Source of the DNA: an uncultured Planctomycetales bacterium | Lineage (GTDB): Bacteria > Omnitrophota > Gorgyraeia > Zapsychrales > JANLHA01 | DNA: 64,000 nt | Assembly: GCA_964489065.1 (NCBI GenBank) | Contig: CAZAXH010000001.1 | Location: 310,358 to 374,357 of the forward strand | Reading direction: 5' to 3' | Shown here: positions 1 to 10,283 of the stretch, piece by piece | How the letters are laid out: every line of letters starts with the position of its first letter | How positions within the stretch are numbered: position 1 is the first letter of the stretch | The notes under the pieces: generated by a model | What the model was told of the DNA's origin: nothing | Seen by the model: the letters and a program-made list of their open reading frames with translations, nothing else | Databases searched by the model: none | Translations under genes and position numbers: made by a program

Positions 1-356
1 AGGCAAGTTTCCACGTAAGGGATGGCTTCCAGGCGGACTTCCGATATGGGTTGCTGGCATTCCACACATAATCCGTACGTGTCTTCTTCTATCTTTTTTA
101 ACGCTTTATCAACCTTCTGCAACAGTTCCCGGTCATTCGAGGCTAATCCCAAGTTGAATTCCCGGTCATACATGTCCGTGGCGAAATCCGCCATATGCAG
201 GCCATGCCCCCCGGAAAGTTCCTCAGCAAGTTCTTTGGATTCCGGAGTTTTGCCGCCCGTCATATTTTTGATATCATGCACAATTTTTTCTTTAATTTCC
301 AGAAGCATCTTCCTGTAAGCTTCTTTCTGCTTTTTATTCAACCTGTTTTCCGTCAT
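1..356 (-). CDS. DksA/TraR family C4-type zinc-finger transcription factor (partial; 3' end runs off the window)
   Basis: Manual translation of the minus strand from ATG at 356 gives MTENRLNKKQKEAYRKMLLEIKEKIVHDIKNMTGGKTPESKELAEELSGGHGLHMADFATDMYDREFNLGLASNDRELLQKVDKALKKIEEDTYGLCVECQQPISEVRLEAIPYVETC with no stop before position 1. The CxxC-x17-C spacing is typical of DksA/TraR. It is not in the ORF track because it has no stop within the window; the plus-strand ORFs 22-318 and 195-377 are its antisense. Confidence 0.55.
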   Translation of the reverse strand, partial: MTENRLNKKQKEAYRKMLLEIKEKIVHDIKNMTGGKTPESKELAEELSGGHGLHMADFATDMYDREFNLGLASNDRELLQKVDKALKKIEEDTYGLCVECQQPISEVRLEAIPYVETC

Positions 357-486
357 TCCCTATGTCTCCTTTTATAACTTCCCGCCATACAGGGAGAAGA
401 ATCCATTTGAACCGAAACTCGACATTTTACCTATAGCCAAGTATACAAGACGCATCGCAGAAATCAAAATCCTGCACACACCCCGA

Positions 487-3315
487 TTACGCAACGTCAA
501 CCTGCCCATCACGAATCATGGCCTCAACGACCGGCAAACAACGTTCACATAATTCCGGATGTTCCCGGCTCTGCCCCACCTGCAGGCTATAGTTCCAGCA
601 GCGAACACATTTGTTTCCCTGCGCCTTCTGGATAAGAATGGCTGTTTTTGGAAACTCCTCATGGACGCCCTGGCTCACGTGATCCACCGGCTGGACTTCA
701 ACCTGGGATACGATAAAAACCTGCGGGAGAATGGCCTCCAAAGCTTTCAGGGTTTCGGCGTCCCGAGGGCTGGCCGTTTTAAATACAATCCTCGCTTCCA
801 GAGAACTGCCGATCACCTCTTCGCGGCGGCTGTCTTCCAAGGCTTTAAGGACATGCGGCCGTATAGTTTCCAAGAAAACAAACCTTTGCTCTAATTGTTC
901 ATTGCGCCAGGCTTCCGGGCAATCCGGCCACCGCAAAAGATGTACGGACGCCAAGGCCGTTTGCGGAACTTTCGGCATAAGCTGAAACACTTCTTCAGCC
1001 GTAAAACTCAAAACCGGAGCGATACAACAAACCAAGTGGTTAAGAATATAAAAAAGAACAGTCTGGGCTGATTTTCTCTCCCTTGAAAAAGCGTGAGAAG
1101 TATACAGTCTATCTTTAAGGATGTCAAGATAAAAACCTGACAATGTCTCATTACAGTAAGAATAGATAAATTTATACGCCTTGGCAAACTCAAACTGCCC
1201 GTAAGCGTCCCTAATATCAAGCGCAACGTGTTGAAGTTTATGCAAAGCCCACCTGTCAATTTCGACTAAATGATCATAATCCACAATTTCTTCCTGCGGG
1301 TTAAACCCATCAAGGTTCCCTAAAAGAAAGCGGATGGTATTACGGATTTTCCGGTACGCATCAATCACCCGGTCCATGATCTCTTTGGACAAACGGATAT
1401 CATCATGATAATTGCTGGAGGCTACCCACAAACGGAGAATATCCGCGCCATTGGTCTTGATCACATCCTGTGGGGAAATCACATTCCCTAGGGACTTCGA
1501 CATTTTCCGGCCCTGCCCGTCCATAACAAAACCATGCGTTAACACGGCCTTGTACGGCGGCCGCCCTTCCATGGCTACAGCCGGGATTAACGACGACTGA
1601 AACCATCCCCTGTGTTGATCCGACCCCTCCAAATAAAGATCCACAGGGATTTTTCGACCCAGCATGGGGCCGACGACCGCCTGATGGCTGACCCCGGAAT
1701 CAAACCAGACATCCAGGATGTCAGATGTCCGTTTAAAAACACGCTTTCCGCAGTCCGGGCACGTAAAGCCATCCGGGAGAAGGTCATTCACATCCTTACT
1801 AAACCACACATCCGTCCCTTCCGTTTTCGCCATACGGGCAAAATGATCAATCACCTCCGGGTAAAGTTTATGTTCCCCGCCGCACCCTTCACATTCCAAA
1901 GCGGGAATCGGCACGCCCCAGTGGCGCTGGCGGGAAAGGCACCAATCCGGGCGGCAATCAATCATGCTGGTAATCCGCTCCTGCCCCGGGGCCGGGATCC
2001 AGCGGACTTTTTCCTGAACCGCCCGGCGCAATTTGCCCCGCAGGTCCTTGTGGTCGATCTTCATAAACCACTGGTGCGTCGCCCGGAAAATAATCGGCTT
2101 CTTGCAGCGCCAGCAGTGCGGATAGCTATGACCAATCGTTTCCGAAGCCGCCAACAATCCCCGAGCCTTTAAATCCTGAATAATCCCTTCATTGGCTTTA
2201 AAGACATGCTGTCCGGCGAACGCCCCGGCTTCGGCGGTAAACAGGCCCCGGTCATCGACCGGCATAAGGATATCCAGGTGATGCTCCAGCCCGGCCTCAT
2301 AATCCTCCTGCCCATGACCGGGAGCGGTATGAACCAGCCCCGTACCGTCTTCCCGGGTCACATAATCCACTGCGACCACCCGGCAATTCTCTTTTAATCC
2401 AAAAGGATGCGTGTACAACAATCCCTGCAGCGCCTCCCCCGGGACTTCCTGCAGGACCTGATATTCCGTAACGCCGGCTTTCCCCAACACACGTTCACAC
2501 AGGGTCTTTTCCAGCACCACCATCTCTTCCCCGATGTCAACACAGACATACTGAAAAGCCCGGTGTACCGCCACCGCGACATTCGCCAAAAGCGTCCAGG
2601 GTGTGGTCGTCCAAATCACAAGAGACAAAGGCTTCTCTTGCGGCCATTTTCCCAGGGCCCGCGGATTGTTCACTAAGAATTTAACATAGACGGACGGAGA
2701 ATTGTGGTCTTCATATTCCACTTCCGCCTCCGCCAAAGCGGTTTCGCAATTCGGACACCAGTTCACCGGTTTGAGCCCGCGGTAAATGTATCCGTCTTTG
2801 ACCAGGCGGGAAAAGGACTCCAGGATCCAGTACTCGTATTCCGGGGACAGGGTAAGGTACGGCTTCTCCCATTGCCCCAGGACGCCAAGCCGTTTAAACT
2901 GCTCCCGCTGGATACCGACATATTTCATCGCATAGTCATGCGCTTTCCGTCGAAAATCGACCGTATCCACCTCCGACTTGCTTTTCTTCAATTCCTTAAA
3001 CAATTGGTGCTCAATCGGCAGGCCGTGGCAATCCCATCCGGGGACATATAACGCGTCATACCCCTGCATGGTCTTCATCTTCACGATAATATCTTTTAAA
3101 ATTTTATTTAACGCATGGCCGATATGAATATTACCGTTGGCGTACGGGGGCCCGTCATGCAAAACATACGGTTCGCAACCGGCCCGCGCCTCACGGATCG
3201 CGGCGTGCAATTGACTCTTTTCCCACAGGGCGAGCCACTGCGGCTCTTTTTTGGCCAGTTCAGCCCGCATGGAAAATTCGGTTTTAGGCAAATTAAGGGT
3301 CTTCTGATAATTCAT
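487..3315 (-). CDS. ileS: isoleucine--tRNA ligase
   Basis: 942 aa with HIGH motif (PYANGNIHIGH), KMSKS motif, the CP1 editing region and a C-terminal Zn-binding Cys cluster. It starts at an ATG. Confidence 0.95.
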   Translation of the reverse strand: MNYQKTLNLPKTEFSMRAELAKKEPQWLALWEKSQLHAAIREARAGCEPYVLHDGPPYANGNIHIGHALNKILKDIIVKMKTMQGYDALYVPGWDCHGLPIEHQLFKELKKSKSEVDTVDFRRKAHDYAMKYVGIQREQFKRLGVLGQWEKPYLTLSPEYEYWILESFSRLVKDGYIYRGLKPVNWCPNCETALAEAEVEYEDHNSPSVYVKFLVNNPRALGKWPQEKPLSLVIWTTTPWTLLANVAVAVHRAFQYVCVDIGEEMVVLEKTLCERVLGKAGVTEYQVLQEVPGEALQGLLYTHPFGLKENCRVVAVDYVTREDGTGLVHTAPGHGQEDYEAGLEHHLDILMPVDDRGLFTAEAGAFAGQHVFKANEGIIQDLKARGLLAASETIGHSYPHCWRCKKPIIFRATHQWFMKIDHKDLRGKLRRAVQEKVRWIPAPGQERITSMIDCRPDWCLSRQRHWGVPIPALECEGCGGEHKLYPEVIDHFARMAKTEGTDVWFSKDVNDLLPDGFTCPDCGKRVFKRTSDILDVWFDSGVSHQAVVGPMLGRKIPVDLYLEGSDQHRGWFQSSLIPAVAMEGRPPYKAVLTHGFVMDGQGRKMSKSLGNVISPQDVIKTNGADILRLWVASSNYHDDIRLSKEIMDRVIDAYRKIRNTIRFLLGNLDGFNPQEEIVDYDHLVEIDRWALHKLQHVALDIRDAYGQFEFAKAYKFIYSYCNETLSGFYLDILKDRLYTSHAFSRERKSAQTVLFYILNHLVCCIAPVLSFTAEEVFQLMPKVPQTALASVHLLRWPDCPEAWRNEQLEQRFVFLETIRPHVLKALEDSRREEVIGSSLEARIVFKTASPRDAETLKALEAILPQVFIVSQVEVQPVDHVSQGVHEEFPKTAILIQKAQGNKCVRCWNYSLQVGQSREHPELCERCLPVVEAMIRDGQVDVA

Positions 3316-3396
3316 GGCGTCATCACATTCTCTAAAAATTGTCCTTATGCTTCCCCTCCGGGGAAAGAGATGAACAGCGGCAGGGCCGATGTCCAG

Positions 3397-4257
3397 TTAT
3401 TCCAAAGGATGCCCGATGAATATCTCCAGTTGTTTCTTTTTGTCCTCGGGGATCAGGGCCCGGTCGGTCACCACGGAATACTTCAAAACGCCGGACGCGC
3501 TGAATTCTTTCAAAGCGCCAATCCCGGGGATCGCCCGTTCCAGAATTTTACGGGCATTGCTGACATTCTTGTTTAAATTCTCAATAATCATGTCCACGGT
3601 TACAGAATCGTGCGATGGATGCCAGCAGTCATAATCCGTCACCGCCGCCAAGGTCCCGTAGGATATTTCCGCTTCACGCGCCAGCTTGGCCTCCGTGAGG
3701 TTCGTCATGCCGATGATGGACATGCCCCAGCTGCGGTACAAGTTGGATTCCGCTTTGGTTGAGAATTGCGGCCCCTCAATATTAACATAAGTGCCGCCGT
3801 CGTGAATAACGCAGCCCGCCTCCCGGCCCGCTTTCAGAAGCGCCGTGCGGACTTCCGGAGAGAACGGCTCAGCGAACGGAATATGCCCGACCATCCCGTC
3901 CACAAAAAAAGTGTCGGCCCGCCTGCCCTTTGTCCGGTCAAACAACTGGTCCGGGACGACAAAATGCTGGGGCTCGAGTTCTTCTTTCAGGCTCCCCACC
4001 GCCGAAACAGCGATGATCGCGCTGACACCCAATTTTTTCATGCCCCAGATATTGGCCCGATAATTGATCTCGCTGGGGGAAATCCGATGCCCTTTCCCGT
4101 GACGGGGCAGGAAAACCACGTCCACGCCCTGGAACCGGCCTATCACAAAATTGCACGACGGTTGGCCGAATGGGGTCAGCATCGACCGTTCATCCAGCGT
4201 TTCCATCCCGTCCAACTGATACAACCCGCTTCCACCGATAATCCCGACTTTCGCCAT
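3397..4257 (-). CDS. mtnP: S-methyl-5'-thioadenosine phosphorylase (purine nucleoside phosphorylase family)
   Basis: 286 aa. The N-terminus MAKVGIIGGSGLY...LTPFG is typical of MTAP/PNP family 2 enzymes. Confidence 0.8.
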   Translation of the reverse strand: MAKVGIIGGSGLYQLDGMETLDERSMLTPFGQPSCNFVIGRFQGVDVVFLPRHGKGHRISPSEINYRANIWGMKKLGVSAIIAVSAVGSLKEELEPQHFVVPDQLFDRTKGRRADTFFVDGMVGHIPFAEPFSPEVRTALLKAGREAGCVIHDGGTYVNIEGPQFSTKAESNLYRSWGMSIIGMTNLTEAKLAREAEISYGTLAAVTDYDCWHPSHDSVTVDMIIENLNKNVSNARKILERAIPGIGALKEFSASGVLKYSVVTDRALIPEDKKKQLEIFIGHPLE

Positions 4258-4319
4258 GGGGGCCTCCTCGTTTTATAACCGGCAAATCCTCATCATTATT
4301 GTATACCCAGCCGGACGCG

Positions 4320-5108
4320 TCACTGCCTGAGCTGCTGGGACCGGCGCTCCGCCGCCTCAAGCGCACGCGTAAATATCATCTGGATTTTATATTTATCAAA
4401 CACATCCATGGCCGCCTGGGTGGTCCCGCCTTTGGATGTCACCCGGGCCCTTAACCCGGCCACCTCCTCTTGCGAGGCCAAAAGCAGGTGAACACTGCCC
4501 TGAAGCGTCTGGCAAACCAGCTGACGGCTAAGCTTTTTGTCCATGCCTAAAGACGCCGCGGCCGTCATCAAACATTCCGCGAATAAAAACACGTACGCCG
4601 GTCCGCTGCCGGAAACCGCGGTCACAGCGTCCATCCATTGTTCCTCCACCTCCGCCGTGGCGCCGACATATTCAAATATTTTGCGGGCGGCCCGAATGTC
4701 CCCGGCACGCGCGTGCCGCCCCCGGCACAGCGCCGTCATACCCTCTGCGATCACGGCCGGCATATTCGGCATCGTCCTCACCACCCTTGCTCCGGACGGC
4801 AACCCCTCTTCCAGGAACCGGGTTGTCAGGCCGGCGGCGATAGAAATCAGCAATTTGTCTTTAGCCCAAACGCCTACGATATCCGGAAAAACCGACGCGC
4901 AATCCTGCGGCTTAACCGCCAGGATGATAATATCCGATTCTTCGACCAGAGCCGGTAACGCTTTATTATCGACGCGGTACTTCCGCTTCAAAATCTTCGC
5001 CTTGGCAGGGTCTTTCTCACAAACAGCGACCGTGTAATGCCGGTAAATCCGGCTTATAATCGCGGTCCCCATGTTCCCGCCGCCGATAAATCCGACGCGT
5101 TGTTTCAT
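4320..5108 (-). CDS. proC: pyrroline-5-carboxylate reductase
   Basis: 262 aa with an N-terminal Rossmann motif GFIGGGNMG and a C-terminal P5CR dimerisation region. Confidence 0.85.
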   Translation of the reverse strand: MKQRVGFIGGGNMGTAIISRIYRHYTVAVCEKDPAKAKILKRKYRVDNKALPALVEESDIIILAVKPQDCASVFPDIVGVWAKDKLLISIAAGLTTRFLEEGLPSGARVVRTMPNMPAVIAEGMTALCRGRHARAGDIRAARKIFEYVGATAEVEEQWMDAVTAVSGSGPAYVFLFAECLMTAAASLGMDKKLSRQLVCQTLQGSVHLLLASQEEVAGLRARVTSKGGTTQAAMDVFDKYKIQMIFTRALEAAERRSQQLRQ

Positions 5109-5131
5109 AATGTCCTCACCCTTTCAACAGA

Positions 5132-5827
5132 TTAACCAAATATCGCGGTCCCGATCCGCAGCATGTTGGCGCCCTCTTGAATCGCGAGGGCATAGTCATG
5201 CGTCATGCCCATAGACAAATATTTCATTGAAACCTGCGGAACCCGCGCGAACCGCTGCGCGGCCCGGTCACGGATATCCCGGGCGGCGCTGAAACAAGAC
5301 CGGATCACGGCTTCATCCTCGACAAACGGTGCGATGGTCATGACCCCGTTAATGCAGACATAATCCAACCCGACCATCTGTTCCATGAGGTCAAGCGCCT
5401 CCCCTGCCGGAACGCCGAACTTCTGTTCCTCACCCGCGCAATCAACCTGAATCAACACATCTGCCTTCCGCCCCCGTTTACGGGCTTCTTTGTCGATTTC
5501 CTTCGCCAAACGCAAACTATCCACCGACTGAATCATATCAAAAAGATCCAAAACAGCCTTGACTTTATTCGTCTGCAGATGCCCGATCATGTGCTTCCGG
5601 ACCGCCGGCAGCAATTCCCCCAAAGCCGGGAATTTGCCCTGAGCGACCTGCACTTTATTTTCCCCGATATCGGTCAAGCCACAGCGAACCGCCTCCGCGA
5701 TCCTGTCCGCATCAGCGAATTTCGTAACTCCGACCAAAACAATTTCGTCCGGATCACGCCCACAGCGACCACAAATCTGCGCTATGGCGGTTCGGAGAGA
5801 GTCAAGCTTTTGCTTAATCATTGCCAT
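5132..5827 (-). CDS. YggS-family pyridoxal-phosphate homeostasis protein (alanine racemase N-terminal fold)
   Basis: 231 aa with a GVTKF...GENKVQ signature resembling YggS/PLPBP. Confidence 0.75.
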   Translation of the reverse strand: MAMIKQKLDSLRTAIAQICGRCGRDPDEIVLVGVTKFADADRIAEAVRCGLTDIGENKVQVAQGKFPALGELLPAVRKHMIGHLQTNKVKAVLDLFDMIQSVDSLRLAKEIDKEARKRGRKADVLIQVDCAGEEQKFGVPAGEALDLMEQMVGLDYVCINGVMTIAPFVEDEAVIRSCFSAARDIRDRAAQRFARVPQVSMKYLSMGMTHDYALAIQEGANMLRIGTAIFG

Positions 5828-5907
5828 AAACTAGCACAAAAGCCCTGATGCGTCAATGGATAAAGCAATCGAGCCTATCAGCTTTCAGTAATTAATACTA
5901 ATTTTAA

Positions 5908-6870
5908 TTATATCTCTAATACAGCGGAAAGGGGGCGGTGATCAGACCCGGGGAGAGAAAGAACATCCCTCTGAACAACAGAAATGTCCTCGCTGACCAG
6001 GATATGATCCAAAGGGATCCGCAGAAGAGCCGGGAGGTAAAACGGCCAGGTGGGCACGATCCCCTTCCCCAGAGAGGAATCCTTAAGCCTCGCGGCTGTT
6101 TTTAACATCCCAAACCAGGAACACCACGGAGCCATGTTCAGGTCCCCCACAACGATACACGGCCGGGGATCAGCCTCAATCTCCTGACGCAAAATTTTTA
6201 ACTGTTCGTTACGCCAGCCCCAGACCTTTTTCCCCATCGGAGGCGTTGGGTGCGTGGCCCAGATAACGCATTCTTTCCCCCCCTGTACAATAACACAACG
6301 GATCGAAGGCAGGCGGGGTTCGCCCAAAAACCGGACATCCATAGACATGACCGGGACCTTGGAAAAAACACCCAGGCCAAAACAGTCACTCCGGGGCACC
6401 ACTTTCTGAAAGAGATATTCCTTAAGGTAAGGCGTCAACGCCTCATAAAGCGGCGCGCTGATCTCGGAGATCACCAGCACATCAGGCTTATCCTTCAATA
6501 AAACAGACACGATGGCGTCATAATTAAGGTTATCCACGTTCACATTGGCATAAGTCACCCGGAGCGGATGGGCAGCCGGCGGCTCTTCTGAAGAAGAGGC
6601 CAAACCCGGGCAGTACGCCAACAAAGGAAATCCGGCGATCAGGATGACGAACACGGAAATAACAATAAGGATATTTTTCTTCCACCAAATTAAAAACGGC
6701 AGGCTCAAGATAAGGAACCCGACCTGCTGCACCCGGAAATGGCTGAACAGATCAAGAAACCAAAACCACCGGCCCAGCCAGCCCAAAGCCGGCCCGGCCA
6801 AGGCCAGATAGAAAAAAATCCAGGGGAAATACCTTGAGGGAAGTTGACGGCGCTCTTTCATGAAAGCCAT
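5908..6870 (-). CDS. endonuclease/exonuclease/phosphatase (EEP) family protein with N-terminal transmembrane segments
   Basis: 320 aa. Several N-terminal hydrophobic helices are followed by an EEP domain ending in the characteristic GSDHRPL motif. The ATG start was verified. Confidence 0.7.
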   Translation of the reverse strand: MAFMKERRQLPSRYFPWIFFYLALAGPALGWLGRWFWFLDLFSHFRVQQVGFLILSLPFLIWWKKNILIVISVFVILIAGFPLLAYCPGLASSSEEPPAAHPLRVTYANVNVDNLNYDAIVSVLLKDKPDVLVISEISAPLYEALTPYLKEYLFQKVVPRSDCFGLGVFSKVPVMSMDVRFLGEPRLPSIRCVIVQGGKECVIWATHPTPPMGKKVWGWRNEQLKILRQEIEADPRPCIVVGDLNMAPWCSWFGMLKTAARLKDSSLGKGIVPTWPFYLPALLRIPLDHILVSEDISVVQRDVLSLPGSDHRPLSAVLEI

Positions 6871-6901
6871 CCGTTTACAAAAAAAACTTTAAGCCCTGCA
6901 C

Positions 6902-7052
6902 GGAACACGCCGCCCATGGGCCCTATGAACAATTCGCTGTGCGAAAGGATCCGGCTTTTTAACATGCCCACGGACATCCCCAGAGCGGAAAATGTTGTTA
7001 ACGGCTCCCGTTCATCCGTCGGCCTGCCCGCGGTCGTCTGCGGAGGCGGATA
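6902..7052. repeat. Copy Z of a ~150-nt intergenic palindromic element family (copies X, Y, Z)
   Basis: It shares the blocks ggaac / GCCCATGGGC (6912-6921) / gaaca..ttcgct / ttaacat / ggacatcccc / agcagaa / ttgttaac / ttcatcc / cggcctgcccgcgg / ggcggataa with the copies at 34080-34222 and 40756-40915. It lies about 100 nt upstream of the EEP gene start and overlaps the last ~13 codons of the 7012-7746 ORF. Confidence 0.6.
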
Positions 7053-7746
7053 AGACCCGGCGCCCGTTAACATCCTGAAGGATAATTTCCGGGACAACCC
7101 GAAACAGGTCGCCCTGTTGGATTTCTTTGGCCAGGCGTTCCTGCTGTGCCATATTAGAAACCTCATAAAGGGGGGTCTGGCTCATATCATTGATGACAGC
7201 GATCTTTTTACCAGGTTGATTATCCAGGGCTTTATAAAGCCGCCGGACATAAAGATCCATTTTTTCCGGCGGATACGGGAACACTTCGACCGCAGCCTTA
7301 AATATAATCTTCCCCCACTCTTCTTCCCCCAATTTCTGCATCAGGGCATACAGGGAACTGTATTTCAGCAGGCGCTGCTGGCCAGGCTTCAGTCGGCGGG
7401 AATGACTGAGAAGCATATGCGTCAATTCCTGCGGATTAAATGTCTTTAATTCTTTATGCACATCAAAATTCAGGAGGTTAAAATGATAAACCCCCCGCAC
7501 CGCCGCGGAAGCGGCTTCCACGCTGCGGTTCAGCAAATCCAGGCAGGATTCCCACACGAATTTCTCATCGCTGCGGATCACATTCACAGCGATGACGGTA
7601 TACGCTTCCCCGCCCTCCTGCGCTTCATACAGCTGAATGTAGCTGGGGAGCAGCCCTTTAAACCGGATCAGGTCAAACGACGGCAAGGTCACAAACGTTG
7701 GACTCGCCGCTATATCAAATTCCACCAGGTTGAGCATAACCATCAT
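7012..7746 (-). CDS. hypothetical protein
   Basis: 244-aa ORF starting at an ATG (MMVML), with no recognisable motifs. Its C-terminal low-complexity tail overlaps repeat copy Z. Confidence 0.5.
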   Translation of the reverse strand: MMVMLNLVEFDIAASPTFVTLPSFDLIRFKGLLPSYIQLYEAQEGGEAYTVIAVNVIRSDEKFVWESCLDLLNRSVEAASAAVRGVYHFNLLNFDVHKELKTFNPQELTHMLLSHSRRLKPGQQRLLKYSSLYALMQKLGEEEWGKIIFKAAVEVFPYPPEKMDLYVRRLYKALDNQPGKKIAVINDMSQTPLYEVSNMAQQERLAKEIQQGDLFRVVPEIILQDVNGRRVLSASADDRGQADG

Positions 7747-7873
7747 CCTTTGCCAGGCATTCCCTCAAAAGCCCAAAATTCCCGTGAAGGGTAGGACGGC
7801 CAAACATTCTTATCCGGCACCCTGTTAACACAACACAGGGATTCCTATCAAAGGCACCAGAAACAAGGCGCTG

Positions 7874-8632
7874 TTAATCGTTCCGGTCTGTATACCAGTC
7901 ATAGTTTGCCCGCCGGTAAGTTTCATCCCTGCGGTCCTGGGAATCTCTCCGGTAACGATAAGCGTCGTCCAATATCCTCTGCGTATCCTGTTGCTGTTGT
8001 TGCCAGATTTGGTACCGCTGCCGCCAATCTCCGGTGTCCTGGGCGGGAGACGGCTGCTGATAAGCCTGCTGCGACGGGACCGACAGGTTCGCCTGCTCTA
8101 GAGATGCGGGAATAACCGTCAACGTCAGTCCAAAGGCAAGCAGGAGGAGCAGGATAGAGGATCCCGCCACCCAGACCGCTGTTTTGGGATTTTTTTGCAC
8201 ATAATTCTGAATGAAAGAAGTCCCGCCTTTCCACGGCCGATACCCCCACATCACAAAACGGTAAGCCGCCGCATTCAAGGGAGACAACCCCGCAGGTTCA
8301 TCCCCGGCCTTCGGGTCTGTCTTAACCGGGGCTTCCTTGCTCCGGGAAACGGATTCTCTGGAATCGAAGCGTTTGGGTAAGGGCGGAGGCGCAGGCTTGA
8401 GCGGCGGCGTTTTGGGAAGAGGCGGCGGTTTCATATAGTCCTCAAGCAATGGGCCAAAAACCTCCTTAAGTTCCGCGACATCATCCAAGACCTGCCATTC
8501 CTCCATTCCCTTGCACCACACAAGGGTTTCCTCCGTGATCTTCCCTTCCACGATCTTCTGTTTAATCGCCTCTTCCTTAAGCGGCCCGACCTCTTGATGA
8601 TCAATTCCAAAAAAATATTTTTTCTTAAGCAT
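7874..8632 (-). CDS. GYF-like/DUF4339 domain protein with Pro-rich linker, one TM helix and a Q/R/D-rich tail
   Basis: The N-terminus KKYFFGIDHQEVGPLKEE...TLVWCKGMEEWQVLDDV matches the DUF4339 (GYF_2) pattern. A PPLPKTPPLKPAPPPLPK linker and a hydrophobic helix follow. A strong GGAGG SD lies upstream of the ATG. Confidence 0.65.
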   Translation of the reverse strand: MLKKKYFFGIDHQEVGPLKEEAIKQKIVEGKITEETLVWCKGMEEWQVLDDVAELKEVFGPLLEDYMKPPPLPKTPPLKPAPPPLPKRFDSRESVSRSKEAPVKTDPKAGDEPAGLSPLNAAAYRFVMWGYRPWKGGTSFIQNYVQKNPKTAVWVAGSSILLLLLAFGLTLTVIPASLEQANLSVPSQQAYQQPSPAQDTGDWRQRYQIWQQQQQDTQRILDDAYRYRRDSQDRRDETYRRANYDWYTDRND

Positions 8633-8754
8633 ACAACCCTCCTCTAATTCCGTCCCTGAAAGAACAGTAATATTTTACCGGGATATTCTAAGCTCAACGG
8701 GGCCTCTCCCGCCAGCATAAATTATTTCCCAAGCGAACCGGGGCAGGATACGGG

Positions 8755-9216
8755 TCAATCCCCGAAAGTGATCTGGGCCATATGCGCCGACAATTTCAGG
8801 GCGTCCAGGAAATGGCGGGCCGGCAGTTTATTCTTAACAACCAATCCCATAATACAGCCGCCGGAATAAGCGGTAAACAACGCGACATCCTGATTTTCAA
8901 AATTCAACGACAAAACATAATCCGAGGTAAATGTTAAATCATGGAAAGAAGGCGCCGCCTCACCGGAAATCTGCGCGCGGCCAATATCCATCAGGTTCAA
9001 CGCCAACTCCTGAGCCGGCCAATCGGGATGTTCTTGAATCAGCCGGACCTTAATCTGGCGGTAATCCGGGAGAATCCGGTTACAAAAATCCATAATCTGC
9101 TGGCCGTACGTGTTATCCCCCAAAACCGCGGCAGGTTCAGACGGATCCCAGTCCCCGGCCTCTGCCCGCCCTATCATCAAGACCGGCCCTAAAATCATCG
9201 GGATAAAAAAGATCAT
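8755..9216 (-). CDS. secreted hypothetical protein (signal peptide)
   Basis: The ORF track gives 8755-9354, but that overlaps the upstream gene. An internal ATG at 9216 (MIFFIPMILGPVLMIGRAEAG) gives a signal peptide and has a GAAGGG SD 8 nt upstream. A C10 tract (G10 on the coding strand) lies 14-23 nt upstream of this start. Confidence 0.5.
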   Translation of the reverse strand: MIFFIPMILGPVLMIGRAEAGDWDPSEPAAVLGDNTYGQQIMDFCNRILPDYRQIKVRLIQEHPDWPAQELALNLMDIGRAQISGEAAPSFHDLTFTSDYVLSLNFENQDVALFTAYSGGCIMGLVVKNKLPARHFLDALKLSAHMAQITFGD

Positions 9217-9268
9217 TAAAAGGCCCTTCACCGCCCCCCCCCCTACACGCCCGGCCGTATACAAGGCG

Positions 9269-9640
9269 TTATGCGCCGCCGTCTTTGACCAGCCACTCTT
9301 TAGCCGCCTCCAAATCCTTAAACCTCTCCATAGAAAGCCCGGAATAACTGGCAATCATATTCATGAGAACACCTTTAAAGCCGGTTACCCCGACCACCGC
9401 TGTTTTAACAACGCTATTCTTGACTTTAACCGCTGATTCTTTCAGGCTGGAGATCGCGTCTTTGGTCCCGGTGGACCCCTCCACATTGACCAGAAGCAAA
9501 ACAGTCCCCCGGGGCTCACGGCAGGCGAGTTCGTTAACATGGGCTATTTCCGCTTTCTGTTCCTCCGAATCCGAAGGAAACCCACTGTAGTCCGCGTAAA
9601 GAATGCGCTTATTTTTATGTACGATCCAGCCTGATTTCAT
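9269..9640 (-). CDS. STAS-like (anti-sigma-factor-antagonist fold) small protein, putative
   Basis: 123 aa. The pattern LLLVNVEGSTG...VVGVTGFKGVLMNMI...EAAKEWL resembles the STAS/SpoIIAA-like fold. This is a weak, motif-level call. Confidence 0.4.
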   Translation of the reverse strand: MKSGWIVHKNKRILYADYSGFPSDSEEQKAEIAHVNELACREPRGTVLLLVNVEGSTGTKDAISSLKESAVKVKNSVVKTAVVGVTGFKGVLMNMIASYSGLSMERFKDLEAAKEWLVKDGGA

Positions 9641-9736
9641 CGGTAACGCCTTTCGTTAAAATATTATGGGGAACTTCAATAACGGGATCGCCGGCTCAAC
9701 AGGCCGGGGCTCTCATCTCCCGGGAGGATCACAGGT

Positions 9737-10147
9737 TCAGGATAAAAATTTTTTAAAGGCGACCGGCAGCCCTAAAGCACCCTCAACAAAAGTCTCCACA
9801 ATATTATTAGGAAAATATAACGGCTCTGGCCCCAGCTTCATCCAGGTGCGGACATGGGCCTCGTGACCTACCTCAATCCTGATATTTTCCAACAACCCCT
9901 TAGAAAGAGTGCCCATGAGGCGAGTCTGGAGCTGGTCAAATTTTTCTCTGCTTTGAGGATTAAGCAGCATAAGCGGCGTGGTCACGCTGAGAGACAAGCC
10001 GTCCGCCTCTTCCTGAGCGACAATGGTAAAGACCAATCCCTCGCTGTTTCTATATTGAACATCCATCCGGTCTTCCCGGAAAAAAATCGGAGATCCGCTA
10101 AACCGGCTTTCCAAATAATGCTCTAATGATTCTAAATTCGCGCTCAT
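9737..10147 (-). CDS. YbjN-like (putative sensory-transduction regulator / T3SS-chaperone-like fold) protein
   Basis: 136-aa acidic protein whose size and pattern are reminiscent of the YbjN family. Low-confidence family assignment. Confidence 0.4.
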   Translation of the reverse strand: MSANLESLEHYLESRFSGSPIFFREDRMDVQYRNSEGLVFTIVAQEEADGLSLSVTTPLMLLNPQSREKFDQLQTRLMGTLSKGLLENIRIEVGHEAHVRTWMKLGPEPLYFPNNIVETFVEGALGLPVAFKKFLS

Positions 10148-10283
10148 ATCCGTAGTTGGGCCCGGGGACCCCCATAAAGGAGACCCGGAATTTAATTCCC
10201 GCTGAATTTAACTTTTTTATTATATATCAATTGTTTCTTTATGGAAAAATTAAATGCTGGAAAAAAACAACCGGCCTTCCGCT

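Noticed and set aside
22-377. Plus-strand ORFs 22-318 and 195-377 from the ORF track
   Set aside because: They are antisense to a well-formed DksA/TraR-family gene (CxxC-x17-C) on the minus strand that runs off the window edge, and they have no recognisable protein features.
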